A stretch of 64,000 nucleotides of DNA from Camelus dromedarius (taxonomy: Eukaryota): assembly GCF_036321535.1 (NCBI RefSeq), contig NC_087437.1, forward strand, positions 60,762,001-60,826,000, written 5' to 3'. Positions 1 to 14,344 of this stretch are shown here, in pieces. The notes under the pieces were generated by a model. It searched no databases and was not told the DNA's origin. It worked only from the letters and a program-made list of their open reading frames with translations. A program made the translations under genes and the position numbers. How positions within the stretch are numbered: position 1 is the first letter of the stretch; each line of letters opens with the position of its first letter.

Positions 1-171
<171 letters not shown>

Positions 172-239
172 TTAAAAAAAGAGCCTATTTAAACAAGATT
201 ATTTAAATAAAGATTAGTAAATAGACCCTTCTCCTCTTG

Positions 240-3200
240 TAATGTCTTTGGTACATGAGTAATGCTGGCCTCATAAAAGTGACTTGAGAATTATTCCTTC
301 CTATTCAATTTTCTAGAATTTTATATAGAATTGGTAATATTTCTTCCTCAAATGTTTGGTAAAATTCACTGATGAAGCCATCTGAGTCTGCTATTTTCTT
401 TGTGGGAAGGCTAGTAACTATAAACTAAACTTTCCTAATTTAGGGTTTTCAGGTTACCTATTTTTCTTTGAGTCTTTCAAGAAATTTTTCCAGTTTATCT
501 AATTTGTTGAACTTATTTGTATGTATTTGTTCATAATATTACCGTATCTTTTTAATATCTGTAAAATCTACAGAGATGCCATCTCTGTCACTCTCAACAT
601 TGGCAATTTGTGTCTTCTCTGCCTCCCTACCATCCCATCAGTCTTGGTAAAGGTTTGTCTATTTTACTGATACTCGCAACAAATCAGCTTTTGGTTTCAT
701 TGATTTTTCTGTATTTTTAAAAAATTTCACTGATTTTTCACTTTGAATTATTTTTTTCTTTTCATCTGCTTACGTTGGATCTCGCCTGCTCTTCTCTTCT
801 AGTGTAGTAAAATAGCTTAGCTAAAATCATGGATTTGATCTCTCTTTTCTTTTCTAATATGGACATTTAAAACTGTAAAGTTCCTCTAAGTACTGTGTTA
901 GCAGCATCATAGATACTGATGTCCCGAATTTTCATTTTCATTCAGTTTACTGTACTTCCCAAATATCCTCTTAATTTCTTCATTTATTTGGAAGTGTTTT
1001 TATTTATTTTCCAAATATTTCCAGAGATCTTTCCACTGATTTCTAACTTAATTACATTGTTGTCACAGAATATATACTTTGTGACTTGAATCTTCCTAAA
1101 ATTCATTGAGACTTTAAAAAATCGTCCCAGAATATGATGTCTTAGTAAACATTTCGTGTTCACTTAAAAAGAATAGAGTATTCTTCTATATATGTCAATT
1201 GATCAAGTTGGTTGTTAGTTTTAGCAATTTTTTGTCTACTTGTTCTAACAATTATTGCAACCAGTGTACTGCAATCTGCAACTATCATTGTATATTTCTT
1301 CTTGAAATTCTGTTTTTGCTTTGTGTATCTTGAAGCTTTGTTATTAAGTGCATAAATATTTAGTTCTGCTATACCGTCTGGTATATGAAATAACTTATTC
1401 CTTATCCCTTAACTATTTAGAGGAGAACTTCTTGCTCTAAAATCTACTTTTTCTGATAACAACCTAGCCAGTCCAGGTGTCTTTTTTAGCATACTTCTAA
1501 AAAGTATTTTATTTTAACCTATTTTACGGCTTTATATTTGTTAAGTGGATTTCTTACAGGAAGTATATATTTAGGTCTGCTTTAGCAATCTGATTGATAC
1601 AGTTGGGTTTAAACCGATCATCCTACTTACATTTGTTTTCTAATGACATCTATTCTTCATTTCTGCTTCCCTTTTTTTTTTCTTAACTACGTATTAACTA
1701 CCTCTCTGCATACCATAAAGTTCACCTGTTTTAAATTGGACAATCCAATGGGTTTTAGTACATTTATAGAATTACGCATTTAGTACATTTACAGAGTCAC
1801 TACAACATAACTCTGGGACATTTTCATCATTCCCAAAAGAAACCTCCTTGTACCCATTAGCAATCACTTCCAGTTGCTCCCTCTGCTCCTCCCTCAGCTC
1901 TAAACAACTACTAATCTACTTTCTGTCTCCACAGATTTGCTTAATCTGGCCATTTCACATAAATGGTATCATATAACATGTGGTCTTTTGTAAATGGCTC
2001 TTTTCACTTAGTTTAGTTTTTGAGGTTTATCCATGTGAGAGCACGTATCAGTGCTTCATTTCTTAAAAAACTAAATTATCATTTAAGAGATTTAGGTAAG
2101 AAAAAACATTTACCATTTCCAGTGATTTTCATTTCTTTATGTAGATCCACACCTCCATCTGACATCATTTCCTTTCAGCCTGAAGGATTTAGTTTAACCA
2201 TTTCTTATAATGCAGCTGTGCTGGTGTAACTTCTTCCAGCTTATGTTAAAAAAAAGTTCTGTTTTCCCTTCATTTTTGAAGCATATTTTCAAAGGATATA
2301 GAATTTTAACCTGACAATTTTCTTTTTAATTTAAAGTTTTTATTTTTTGAAAAAAATTTTTTAAATTTAAGTACTTTAAAGATGTTGATCCTTGTTTTCT
2401 GGCTGCATTGTCGCTTACATAAAGTCTTGTCATTTTTTTCCTCTATATGTAATGTGTCTTTTCTTTCTGACAGCTTTTTTTTTATTTTTTGGTTTATAAC
2501 ACTAAGTATTTTTTTAAAACAGACTATTTTTTAGAGCAGTTTTAGGTTCACAGAAAATTGAGTGTAAGATCTGGACATTTTTAAGATTTTCTCTCTATCA
2601 CTGGTTTTGATTATGTGCTTTGGTGTAGTGTTCATCATGTTTCCTATGCTCAGAACCCATTAAATTTCTTCAATCTGTGGGTTTATAGTTTCCATTAAAT
2701 TTCGGGAAAAAAAATCAGCCATTTTTTTAAAGGTTGTTTTTTTCTTTTAAAGTATTTTTTTAGTGTCTTCCATCCCTTCCTTTGGAGACTTCAGTTACAC
2801 TTACATTAGTCTGCCTGAAGTTGTCCCACAGCTGTTTACTTTTTTTGTGTGTGTATGTGTGTATATATATATATTTATTTATTGAAGTATAGTCAGTTTA
2901 CAATGTTGTGTCAGTTTCTGGTGTACAGCATAATGCTTCAGTCATACATGAACATACATATATTTGTTTTCATATTCTTTTTCACTATATGTTACTATAA
3001 GATATTGAATATAGTTCCCTGTGCTATACAGTATGAACTTGTTGTTCAGCTATTTTATATATATTAGTATCTGCAAATCTCGAACTCCCAATTTATCCCT
3101 TCTCAGCCCCTTCCTCCCCTGGTAACCATAAGTTTGTTTTATATGTCTGTTCACTTTTGTTTAAGCCTTTTTTTTTCTAAGATTCATTTTGGATGGTTTC

Positions 3201-4230
3201 TATTGCCATGGTCTTCAAATTCACTGATCTTTTATTCTGCAATGTCTAATCTACTGTTAGTGCTGTCCAGTGTATTTTCCAACTCCAGAATTTTTATTTT
3301 ATTTCCTTTTTATATCTTCCTTCCCTTCTTCTTAATGTGCTGAATCTTTCCTTTGGGGTCTTCAACATGCGGGATACAGTCATTTAACTATTTTAATGTC
3401 CGTGCCTACTAATTCTATCATCTGTGTCACTTTCGGATTGATTCCAGTTGATGGATTTTACTCATTATGGGTCTTTGAATGCCTGGATGATATTGATTGG
3501 ATACCAGGCACTGAAATTTTTGTATTCCTAAAAATATTTGTGAACTTCTGGGACATAGAAAGGTGATTCTCAGCTGTCTACTCATATAGGAGAGAAACAA
3601 TTTTAGAAACAGTTGATCCTTTTACGTATTATTTTTTAAATTTTCTAAAAAAAAATTTTTTTTTGTTAGGCAAGACTGAAGTAGCATTTAATCTAGGGCT
3701 AATTCTGTCCCACTAGTGAGGCAAGACCTCTATCCAATGTTTTCTTCTCTTAATGCTGGGAACAGGAAATATTCTGGGCCTTGTGTAAGCTTTAAGGGCT
3801 GTTCCCTCTAATAATTTCCAGTGTTGTTTTTTTTTTCCTCCAGCTTTGGGAAGTTTCCTCACATGGATGTGCTACTGAAGACTCAAAGGGGACTCTCTGC
3901 AGATCTTTCTCTCTCTTTCCATCCAGCTCTTCACTCTCTGGTACTCTGACTACAAACTAGCAGCCTTGGCATCCCCCAATTCCCAGCCCTGTTTTTCAAC
4001 TTTAGGAGACCACTCATTTGTCCCTTCCTATGCTGGAAACTCTGCAAGCAACAGTAGGATCAACTGTAGGACTCATCTCATTTGTTTCCCATCTCTTAGG
4101 GATCACTTTCCTTTAGTCTGATGTCCAACATCCTGAAAACCGCTGTTCTGCATATTTTTTCCCCAGTGCTTTAGTTTTCTTAAGTGGGGAAGTAAATCTG
4201 TTCCCTGTTACTCCATCCTGATTGGAAGTA
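240..4230 (-). mobile_element. Old L1 (L1MC/MD-type 5' portion) with nested L1 3' ends at ~1680-2062, ~2505-2570 and 2847-3146
   Basis: Antisense L1 motifs (GTAATGCTGGCCTCATA, AATCAGCTTTTGGTTTCATTGATT); same 5'-end motif GTAAATCTGTTCCCTGTTACTCCATC at ~4192-4217 as the 59.6-61.8 kb copy. Confidence 0.8.
2847..3146 (-). mobile_element. Young L1 3'-end fragment
   Basis: TTTATTGAAGTATAGTCAGTTTACAATGTTGTG... shared with the 15.8 kb L1; TSD CTGTT(T/C)ACTTTT on both sides. Confidence 0.9.
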
Positions 4231-6884
4231 TAATAGATTTTGCTGTCTTATCTCTGGTATAATGAAATTTCAGGATGATGTGATTCACTGTGTTGAGTAC
4301 TCTGTGAGCTCCTTCCACCTGGAAATCATATTCTTCAGATCTGGGAGGTTTTTTTCCTATTATTTGATTATTTTTCTTTGTTCTTATCAGTTAGATCAAT
4401 TCGTTTTGGTCTGATCTTGTAACAGTTAACTTTTTCTCTCATATTTTCCATCTTTGTATTTTTAACAGTCTAGGGAAATTTTCTTAACTGTCTTCCAATC
4501 CTTTGCCTATTGAAATCTCTTGTTTTTGTTGGTAATCTTAAATGCTGATATTCTAATAATTATTTCTCATTGTTGTCTGATCATTTTTCCTCTGAGAATA
4601 CTTTTCTTGTTTCATGGATGCACTTTATCTCCTCTCTTTGAAAATTATATAGTTTATGTGTGTGTAGTGGCTGGGTTTTATCCCCTATTTCTTCTTCATT
4701 CCTTTTTTATCCTCTGTTGTTTCAGACTCTCTAATGTTAAAGGTTTTTCTCAAACATCCGGTGATCCTTTGCTGTCTACTCATACAGAAAAGTATTAAAA
4801 AGTTAACTGGGAGATAAGTCAGCCTTGTCATTAAAGATGGGGATAGGGTGTGGGGTATCTAAGATATTTTTTCCCAGGACATTCTGTTTATCCAGAGAAA
4901 AACCTTTCAATCACTTGTCTGAGGGCTTTGACCCAAGGTACAAGTGCTCTAAAAGCAGGACATTAGAAAGGAGTTCAGTATGTTAACTTTTTTGAATCTG
5001 CCTTGTTTTATTATGGTGCTACACCTTTTTCTGACTCCCCTGACAAGAATAAGGAGCTTCTCAGATTTAGTTCTCCTGAAATAAACATAAATAACATTTT
5101 TTTTCTTTTGTTCTCCCAAAGGATGGGAATTATATTTGCACGGCTATGGGATAAAGGAGGGGCCCTGAGGGCTTTCAACACATCCTATATATAGATTTTC
5201 AACTAATTCCCCCTCTTTTCAGCTTGCGTACTACACGCAACTCCCACTGCTATACGTGTGTGTGCATGCACACAGGCACTTGTGCTTGGTATCTTGCATA
5301 TAGGAGGAAATATTTATTAATCAACTATAAACTAATAGCTTACTTTTTACATGGCTCTGAACTGCTAACAGAAAAACATACAATTTCATGTACTATATAA
5401 AAGTACTTGTTTCATCTTTTTAAAAAATCTACTCAGCATTCACTTCTGATATGTATCTAGTTGGAAAAGATGCTATTTTCTTCTAAGACCCTGATTATAG
5501 ATGGACTGGTCCTAGGTATGCATCTAATTCAAGCCACATCAACCATAGTTATCCACACACTCCCAATTAGACTGGCTCAGGAGTGAATACCTAAACTAAG
5601 CCAGACTTAGCATCGAGACTCAGTCTCTCACCAGTGAATGAAGTTATAAGGAACAAAGTCCAGGAACTGTTGAGGGCTATATTTCCTAACACATAGAGAA
5701 AAAAAAAATCAGTCTGATATAAGAAAGAAATATGATGAGATACACAGAAAGGGGGAAAACAAGACACACAGCAAGAGAATTCCTGGTCCCTGCTGTGTCT
5801 AAGGCCCTGTCATATTTTTGAACTTGGAAATGCTGAAAAATTTACAGACATTTAATAGAAAATTTCATATATCTTAGGAGTATAGAATAAAAAGTTAAAG
5901 GAAAGAAGTGAAAATGATTAAGCAGAACTTGAGACACAATACCTAAAAATCTGTTTAATTTCATTTGTTTTATATAACACACACACACACAAATATTCCC
6001 TGTATTTCAGTAGTTCTGGTAGTAGGAGAAAGCGATATTAAAAATGGTATCTAAAACAAAAAAGATACTGAAGCATGTCTCAAATCAAACAATGTGCTGG
6101 AAGGATACTGCTATGTAAACAGAATCACTGCTTTATAACTCTGGAATCCAAGAACTACAAGGACCAATAACAACAAAAAAACCACAATCATCTTTCTACA
6201 GGATGTCCACACAGCAACTGGATCACTTGATGGGAAGTAATGGACTAGGGGAAGAAACTTCTTTTAATAAAAATGCACAAAACTAATAGTTTACTTTCGT
6301 TCGTGTACAGGGGGAATAAAAGATTCTTAGTTATTTTTCAACTTCATGACACAACAAAACAAGCAGGCAGACAGCAACAGCTAAGAAGTGGGGACTCTGA
6401 GTGATGTGCTACACAAAAGGTACTTAAAAGAATCCTAAGTATGCCACTACCACATTCTTTAAGACCACCACCTTTTAGACTGCATTTGAGTTAGAGTCTA
6501 AGGCTAAAAAAAGCCCCTATTTCTTTCAAAGGAACACTTTTCTTTTGGTTTAATAGAATCAGTGATTACTCCTTTGTTCTTCTGACCAAAAACAGCTTCA
6601 AATTGGGTGAACTAAACTTGTTCCATCACACAGAAGAGTATTCTCTAGGAAACAGGCAGTGGAGTCTGGGCTACTATTATTAATTTCAGAATTAGATTTT
6701 TAGACCTGAAGGGATATTTACAGTTCTAATTCTATCATCTTCATAGGTGAAGGTGCATATAGGTTGAATAATTAGATGTGAAAATTGCTTTAGTTTATAA
6801 ACACACACCACTCAACACTAGCTAACTGAATAGCTTTTAAAAATAAGCCAAGACAATGGCTTATTGCCATTTTCATTATCAACA

Positions 6885-7545
6885 CTACTAGACTTGTTAA
6901 GCCCACTTCTCACCTGGACTACTGCAAAATCCTCCTAACTAGTTTCCAACTTCAGTCTTAGACCTCCAACAAAACCTATTTTCTATACAGCTACCAGTCT
7001 TGCCTATTTAAGACAGAAATGTAACCAGGTCTTTCCCCTGAGTAAAATTCTGTAATGGTTTCCCAGGAAACAGGGTAAAATCTGAGCTCTGTAGCATGGA
7101 ATACAAGGCCCTTTGTGACCTGCTCCCTGCCTACCTCTTTAGCTTCTTCTGCTGTCTGTAGCTTTCTACATGCATCATACACTATTATTCTCTTCTCCTC
7201 TCTGCTTTCAAATCACACTGGACCGTACTCAGCTCCACGAATGTGCTTTGAGCCCTCCTGCAGCAGGGCCACTGAAACTCTTTTCCAGGCATGGAACATA
7301 ATTTTTAACTATCAAAATCCTGTTTTCACTTACTAATTCTTTAGTCTTCAGCTCTAATGTTAGTTTTTTAGGAAGCCTTCCCAGATACAACAGACATCTT
7401 ACTCTATCTCTACTATCACTTTTCACAGTTTGTAATTACATGCTGTAGTTTTTGATTAGTGCCATGAGGGTAGGGATACTATCTGCTTTGCTTGTCATGG
7501 AATCTCTGATGACTCACAGAGTGCACATGATACATAGTTAGCAGA
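6885..7545 (+). mobile_element. L2 3' region
   Basis: CTCACCTGGACTACTGCAAAATCCTCCTAACT...GAGGGTAGGGATACTATCTG...ACATAGT, typical L2 3' motifs. Confidence 0.75.
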
Positions 7546-8360
7546 AATGTGAAAAAGATTTATTTATTTATTTTCCAATGACATTGATTAAAACCAATAA
7601 TGAGTAACTAAAGATACTCTAGAGTCTTTCTCTTTTTTAATGAAAATATGAGCTGTCTATTAGTAAGGACAACAATAAGGGATATAAGGTTGAGTACAAT
7701 AAAATTAATATCTCTAGATCATTACATTAGAGATGGCAAAGATCTTAGGGTCATGATAATTTTTTAAAAATAGAATTTTTTTCCCTTTTATACTTCTGTT
7801 TCAAGATGATAGAGCAAGCATATAATGTAGCCCTCCCCTTCTACACCAAACCTCTTTATTCATCATAAATCTGTAAGGAACGCCCAAAGATGAAAAGCCA
7901 TTAGGATAAAACTAGAGAGAGAAACAGCAGCTCAGGATGCAGGCAGGAGAATGCAACTGCAGGTATATTTCTGTATTCATATAAGCATGAATGTGCACAT
8001 ACATCCACATTCCTAAACCTCATTCCTAACCCTTAAGGTTCAGGTCTTGTGAGAGGTGTTAGCTTTCAGAAAGGAACTGTTAAGAGTGGGAGAATGGGTT
8101 GGAAAGAGAAGAGCCCCAGGAATAGGGGGAATTAAACAGCAGCCTACCCTCCAAACATTCCATCTTTTTCTCTCAGTCCAACTGAAAATTGCACACTCCT
8201 AAATATCTCCCTCCAAGCAGGTTACATAGACTCTGCCAATGTTCTACTCTCAACTACAAAGTTGAATGCAATTCTCCCCAACTTACCAACTTACAAATTC
8301 AGTGCAATTCTAATCAAAGCATCTATAGGTTGGTTTCTTTTTTAAGTACGTGAGAAACAA

Positions 8361-8436
8361 TATGTATGACTGGGACACTGTGCTGTGTACTAGAGATTGA
8401 CACATTGTAATTGACTGTACTTCAATAATAAAAAAA
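8361..8436 (+). mobile_element. Young L1 3' tip with 17-bp TSD
   Basis: ATGACTGGGACACTGTGCTGT...CTTCAATAATAAAAAAAA; TSD at 8344-8360 and 8437-8453. Confidence 0.9.
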
Positions 8437-9678
8437 AAGTACACGAGAAACAAATTCTAAGATTTACAGAGAAGAGCAAAGGTTGAAAGATCCTGAAGAA
8501 CCACCGGGCCCCAGATTTGCTCTATTAGTTATTAAGAATTAGAAGCTATAACAATTAAGGCAGTATAGTATTAGTGCAGGTACAGACAAGTAAGCCAACA
8601 CAATAAAACAGAAAACACAGAAACGGATCCTGGCACACACAGAAACCTGACAGATAATAACTAGTATTTGCAGGTCAGTGGTGAAATGATAAAAGTTTCA
8701 ATAAATGGTCTGGAACATTGGTTTAAAAAAAAGGTGAAAATGATCAAACTGTACATTGGAAACATGTGTGGTTTACTGTACAGGACCCATACCACAATAA
8801 AGGTATTTTTTTTTAAAAGGTGAAAATGAATCTCTCTTAACAAATACACAAAAACCAAATCCAGATAGTTAAAGGTTTAAACTGTAAAACCCAAACCGTA
8901 AAACTTTTAGAAAAACGTAAGACAATACCTTTGATCCCTAGTTTGGCAAAAATTTCTTAAATTACAAAAAGCTCAAACTTTAGACAAAGGAAAGGAACTG
9001 ATCAACTCAACTACACCAAAATTAGTAACTTTTATTCATCAACAGATACCACTAAAAGGGTGAAAAGGTATAGTGCAACCTGGAAAACTGTATTTAATAA
9101 CATACAGCTGACAAAGGATTAGTATATAGACTATAAGGAATGTTTATTAATAACAGACAAGGAAAAACAACTGAATAGAAAAATGGATTAAAAAACAGAT
9201 TTGTCACAGAAAACACAAATGAATAGTAAATTAACATGTGAAAAGACATCTAATCCCAAGTCATCAGGGAAACTGGAATTAAAACTGCAAAGAGATATCA
9301 TTTCACAACTCTCAAATTGGCAAACATTAAAGTCCCATAATACAAGAATTTGCAAGGATGTTCAGCAGTGGGAACATGTTCTGTGGGTGAGAATGAACAT
9401 TGAAACAAACAAACAAACAAACAAACGCTTTAGAAAGCAATTTGATAAACCTTGTCAAGTCAAACATGGGAATACCCTGTAACCCAACAATTTTACTACT
9501 AAGTATATACCTCATAGCAACCTTTAAGTCTTTGGCCAGGATCCACATCAATACATTTTATATCCTGACCCAACCACGCACATACAACTGAAACAAGATT
9601 CACTGTGTTCTATATACTCTTATTTATGTTCTATTTCATTTAGTGTTATCCACTATATAGATTTCATAAACCACAATG

Positions 9679-9888
9679 CAGTGGTTCTTAACATTAGACG
9701 CACATTAGAATCACCTGAGGTATTAAAAAAAAATCAAAAGTAAAACCAAAACTGATGCCCAGGTAAGCTTCTGAAGACTGATACAATTGGTCTGTGACGA
9801 GCATGGACACAGATTTATTTAATTAAGCTTCCCAAGAGATTCTAATAAGCAATTAGAATCAAAACAACCTGAGGTTTGAAAAACACTG
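9679..9888. mobile_element. hAT-Charlie MITE (MER5-type)
   Basis: TIRs CAGTGGTTCTTAAC...GTTTGAAAAACACTG; internal CACATTAGAATCACCTG. Confidence 0.8.
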
Positions 9889-12210
9889 CCCTAGAAGAAT
9901 ACTTGCACATAGCCACCAAGAGATATGTTCAAAAGTACACATAGCAGCATTGTTCATGAAAACAATCCAAATGTCTATTGATAGGAGACCAGGTAAATAA
10001 ATTGCCATATATTTATACAGCGTACTAGTATAAGCAGTGAAAATGAACAAACTACAGCTACATATGTCAACATCACCAGTGAAAGTGAACTACAGTTATA
10101 AATATCAACATAAATCTCAAAAACATAAAGTTCAATGGAAAACATACATCCTGAAAATATGCATATGCTGTAGTATAACTCCATTTATAAAATGTTCCCA
10201 AATAGGCAAACTTAAGTCATAATTATTTGGGGATATTATGTCATAAGATTATAGTAAGAAGCAAGAAATTAAAAATGCAAAATTCAGGGTGGTGGATATT
10301 GCAGAAGAGGAGGAGGGGAAGGAAAAGACGGGACACGGCAGATGGGGATTTCAGGGCATACTGATAAAAATTCTAGGCTGGGTGGTCACTACAAGAGTGT
10401 TTATTAAAATATATACATTATGTACACTATACTCCCATGTGTATGATGTTACTACAAAACTAAAAAATTAAGGCAAAATTCTATTTATACAAAATTCTAT
10501 AACAGGCTAAACTGATCAAAGGTAAAAAGTCAGACAGAAGTTGCCTAAAGAGGGGGGAGGAGTAGACTGTTTGGGACAGGATGTGAAAGAGCTTTCTGGG
10601 GAGATGGATATGGTGCATGATGTGATATGGGGAGAATGGTAATGGCTTACACAGGTGTATCCATTTGTCAAAATTGTATCTCAACATAGGTAAATTTTAC
10701 CTAAAGAGTAAGTGGAGAAAGAATAATTGTTGAATCTGGGTTACAAGGTTTGTTAGACTGTTATACTTTGTATATGTTCGACATTTTCTACTTTTTAAGA
10801 GAAAGAAGAAAAGGTATTGGATAAGAAAGGCAAAGTTTTTTTTTTTTTAAGAGCTTGTAAATTTTTAAGACTAGCACTAAAAAGTTATTATGTATTGAAT
10901 ACAAGAAGCACAAGAAAACAAATCTCCAAAAAAAATTTTAATGGATGTCAATTACAGCCCTCAAAAGCTGATAAAACTAAAGGCAATCAGAGCCATCCCT
11001 AGGACTCCAGGACCCTCAGTTTCCCTTTGTTGGGGGTGACCATGAGTTAGTTACAGCTGATAAGTATTTCTGGGAGAAAGGAAAAGAAAAGGAAGTTAAT
11101 GAAGGAGGGTAAAACTGGAAGATTCTCAATTATGATCAGAGAGGCAAGCATGCTTTTCTGCATCTATGGAAAAGCATGTTCAAATTGCTCACAAACCCCA
11201 CCAATTTACCCAAAGTACTGGACTGTCCGTACTTTCTCTTTTGTGCTCTTCTTTTCCTCTTTCCAAGGCTGTCCCCAAGTACATTTTATCCTATCTTGGG
11301 CATTCCCTTACCCCATTTTGCATTCTGCTCTCCACAGGCAAGTAATTTCTACCCTTTGAGCAATTTCTTCTGGTATTAACCTCCATAAATTTTTTTTCTG
11401 GCTTTCATAATTACAAATACCATGTTTACACTGACATTTTTTAGGTTTACAATACACTGACTTACTACTATGATGAGGAAAGATGAGGATTTAGTGCTCT
11501 ACAACGTATAAACTTTATTTGCCTTCTTTACACACATACTTTTTGGTTCATTTCCTAATTTCCCCCTTTATCTTTTGCTTAATCCTGTCTAAGCACATAC
11601 ATTTTTCATTCTCAAACATGCCAAATACACATGCTACCACTTCTGTTAATAAACTTAAAAAACATACTTCCAGGGGGCTTTTCAGTTACAACCTAATATG
11701 AAATTTTAAAAATAAAAGGAAAATTAGAAATAAGAGATACAGATTAGAATGCCCAGGTTTTCAACTGTTCAATAATTATATCCTGTCTGCAAATCTAGAT
11801 TCTCTATTAGTATTAACTATACTATTACCTCCTTCAAATTTTTACTGATTATGTATTTTTAACTCTCAAATTAAATGTGTATTTGTTGTTATATACAAAG
11901 CACTGTTTTCTTCCACTTGGGTTTACCTCTCCATGTAAACTTAGATATCTAAGTGGAAATATATCTTTATCTCCACTTTTATCTATTACTAGCTATCAGA
12001 GCCATACTACCATGCTTAACATAATAAAATAAATCAACCCCTAGCCTTTATTCTAAAATCCATTACAGTCCATAATCCCTTATCCAATTCTAAAATCTAT
12101 AAAGCTCCGAAAAACAAAAGTTCTTTCCTTAGGTTTGGCACCAAAACAAATGTGAATTCAACTAACGTTAAGACTATTTACAGTCTTTACCCCACTTTGT
12201 GTAATTAGAT

Positions 12211-12425
12211 CAGTGGTTCTCAACTGGAGGCAATTTTGCTCTGGGAACATCTAGCAACGTTTGAAGACATTTTCAATTGTCACAACTGGGTAGGAGGTGC
12301 CACTAATATCTAGCAGGTAAAAGCTAGGAATGATGCTTAACATCCTATAGTGCTTGGGACAGATCCCTGCAACAAGACATTATTTGGCCCTCAAATGTCA
12401 TTCTTACTGAGGTTGATAAACCCTG
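12211..12425 (+). mobile_element. MER20 (hAT-Charlie), nested in a probable Tigger-type relic at ~12066-12610
   Basis: CAGTGGTTCTCAACTGGAGGCAATTTTGC...TTGTCACAACTGGG...GAGGTTGATAAACCCTG; flanks are xxxTAGAx 8-mers. Confidence 0.85.
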
Positions 12426-12929
12426 GACTAGACTCTTGCTTATAGAAGATACATTAATGTGTTGATTACTGAGTGTTGCCTCAGATGAATCTGAGGAGAT
12501 TACAGAATACATGATAAAAAGATAGTATTACTACTACTCAAAAGTCAGAAAAACTCTTAATTCCAAAACACAGCTGGCTTCAGAGATTTCATTCAAGATA
12601 CTGTAGACTATATTACCATACTTTAATAGTCTCTCTCAAATATCACAAATGTCATTAATGTTGGGAAGTCATAAATTATGGCCCAAGTCTTAGAAAATGA
12701 AGGAAAGAAGTACAGAAATTCATTGGATGTAACAAGAGTAGGATGAGCAACAACTTTATTCTTTTCTACCACAGTTTAAAATAAATTAGCCTTTCTAATA
12801 GTGTTTATATATCACCAATTGTATGTTTATCACCGTAAAAGATAACTTCTTATACTTTAATTAAAAAGATATCAAAACCAGTAATACAAAATAATAATTG
12901 AGACTCCTGAAACCACAGTAGCTAATTAC

Positions 12930-13116
12930 CTTTCTCTGTGCTTGAGAATATAGAGATGATTTTATTCCTGGGCTTTTTTTCCTCTGGAACAGAGGGCAAC
13001 GGTTTCAAACTGTGATTGGCCGACAGAGGGTCTTTGCCTCCAGTGCTAAAAATGGTACTGCTCATTCGCACAGGGGGCGCTGGAGGCTTGTCTTCCAGTT
13101 CTCCGTTATCGGACAT
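12930..13116 (-). CDS. PAK2: PAK2 exon 2 coding part (187 nt); full exon 12930-13137 including 21 nt of 5'UTR
   Basis: MSDNGELEDKPPAPPVRMSSTIFSTGGKDPLSANHSLKPLPSVPEEKKPRNKIISIFSSTEK is the PAK2 N-terminus. Acceptor tttcag|G at 13137; donor AAAG|gtaatt at 12930/12929. Confidence 0.98.
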
Positions 13117-13516
13117 GATTCCGAATTATGATATGGCCTGAAATAGACAAAAACATAGCGTTAATAACAAAGTAAAACATAGTATGGACAAGTACAAAAC
13201 AGTAATAATCCCCTCTCCAACTTCAAATTAGAAAACGTTACAAATTTTGCAGATGATAAAGTTAAATCTGCGAAATTTGTAAAACTTAAAGAGACGAAAT
13301 TGGTTACCAATATAGGCAACCTTCCGTAACAAAGTTGGTAAATGGCTAGCTGAGGGCATCTTTGAAAAGTCACATCCTATTAAGAGGACTATGGTACATT
13401 TTGGAAAGCATGGTAACACTAACATATCAAAGTATATCCACTGAATCAATTGATTCTAGGAGTAAATGTTCCAGTAAACAGACAACATGGTCTTAAAAAA
13501 GAGAATTCTAAGACGA

Positions 13517-13740
13517 AGACTATGGGAGTTTGAGATTTGCAAATATTAACTACTATATATAAAATAGATAAAAAAATAAATTTCTTCCGTATAGCACAGG
13601 GAACTATATTTAATATCTTGTAGTAACCTATAATGAAAAATATGAAAAGGAATATATGTATGTATATGCATGACTGAAACATTATGCTGTATACAGGAAA
13701 CTGACACATTGTAACTGACTATACTTCAATTAAAAAAGAA
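13517..13740 (+). mobile_element. Young L1 3'-end fragment
   Basis: GGGAGTTTGAGATTTGCAAAT...GACTATACTTCAATTAAAAAA, the reverse complement of the 15.8 kb L1 3'UTR. Confidence 0.9.
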
Positions 13741-14344
13741 GTATATATGTTAGGAAATAACACCTCACTAAACAAAGTTTTGATTGGTAATTAGATCCTG
13801 ATTTGATTATGAAGTTATTTAATACATGTAAGTGAATAAAACTTTGCATATGTACAATGGAAAGAATGGCAACTGTTTTTAGATAAAATTAAAAATAACT
13901 TAAAAAATTTATTTAGAATGATAGTAGTTGAAGAAAAGTAGGTATAATTTGAGAAGACTTGAGGAGTAAAGAATTTTATCAAATTCCATTCTAAATCTTA
14001 CAGCTTTTTGTCTTCCTTGATGGGAGTATGTCACAGCACTACTGTATATTTTATATCCCACGATTTATTTTTCAACCTACAAAAGAGGAAGAATGAGAGA
14101 AGGTAAAGGGGGAAAATAAACATTTTGGGGGGCACCTAGCTGGAGAAGAGTGTAAAAAAAGTTCATTATGTGTGTATGAGAAAGACTGCCTGAAGTGAAA
14201 AAACTACTGGTGGTCAAAAAAAGGAATGGGGGTGGGATCTAAGAAGGTGGTGCAGAAGACATATAGTCAGATGATTCTTCCAAACCAGCTGGTCACATCA
14301 TGTGTATTACTTCATGAAGTGATAAATCAAGACAGATGTTTATC

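Larger units (their letters stand above)
8270..10800 (+). mobile_element. Old L1 (L1ME-type) ORF2/3'UTR relics with nested elements
   Basis: A-rich degenerate ORF2 motifs (AAATTCAGTGCAATTCTAATCAAA, CATAGCAGCATTGTTCAT) and 3'UTR remnants; boundaries approximate. Confidence 0.7.

Noticed and set aside
240..4230. Similarity to 59631-61845 suggesting a segmental duplication
   Set aside because: Similarity is confined to L1-derived sequence, is highly diverged, and the flanks are unrelated; these are independent insertions of related old L1s.
13117..13137. In-frame PIGX-PAK2 fusion protein or N-terminal extension through the PAK2 exon 2 5'UTR
   Set aside because: The 21-nt leader reads GCC ATA TCA TAA in the PAK2 frame, so an in-frame stop precedes the ATG.
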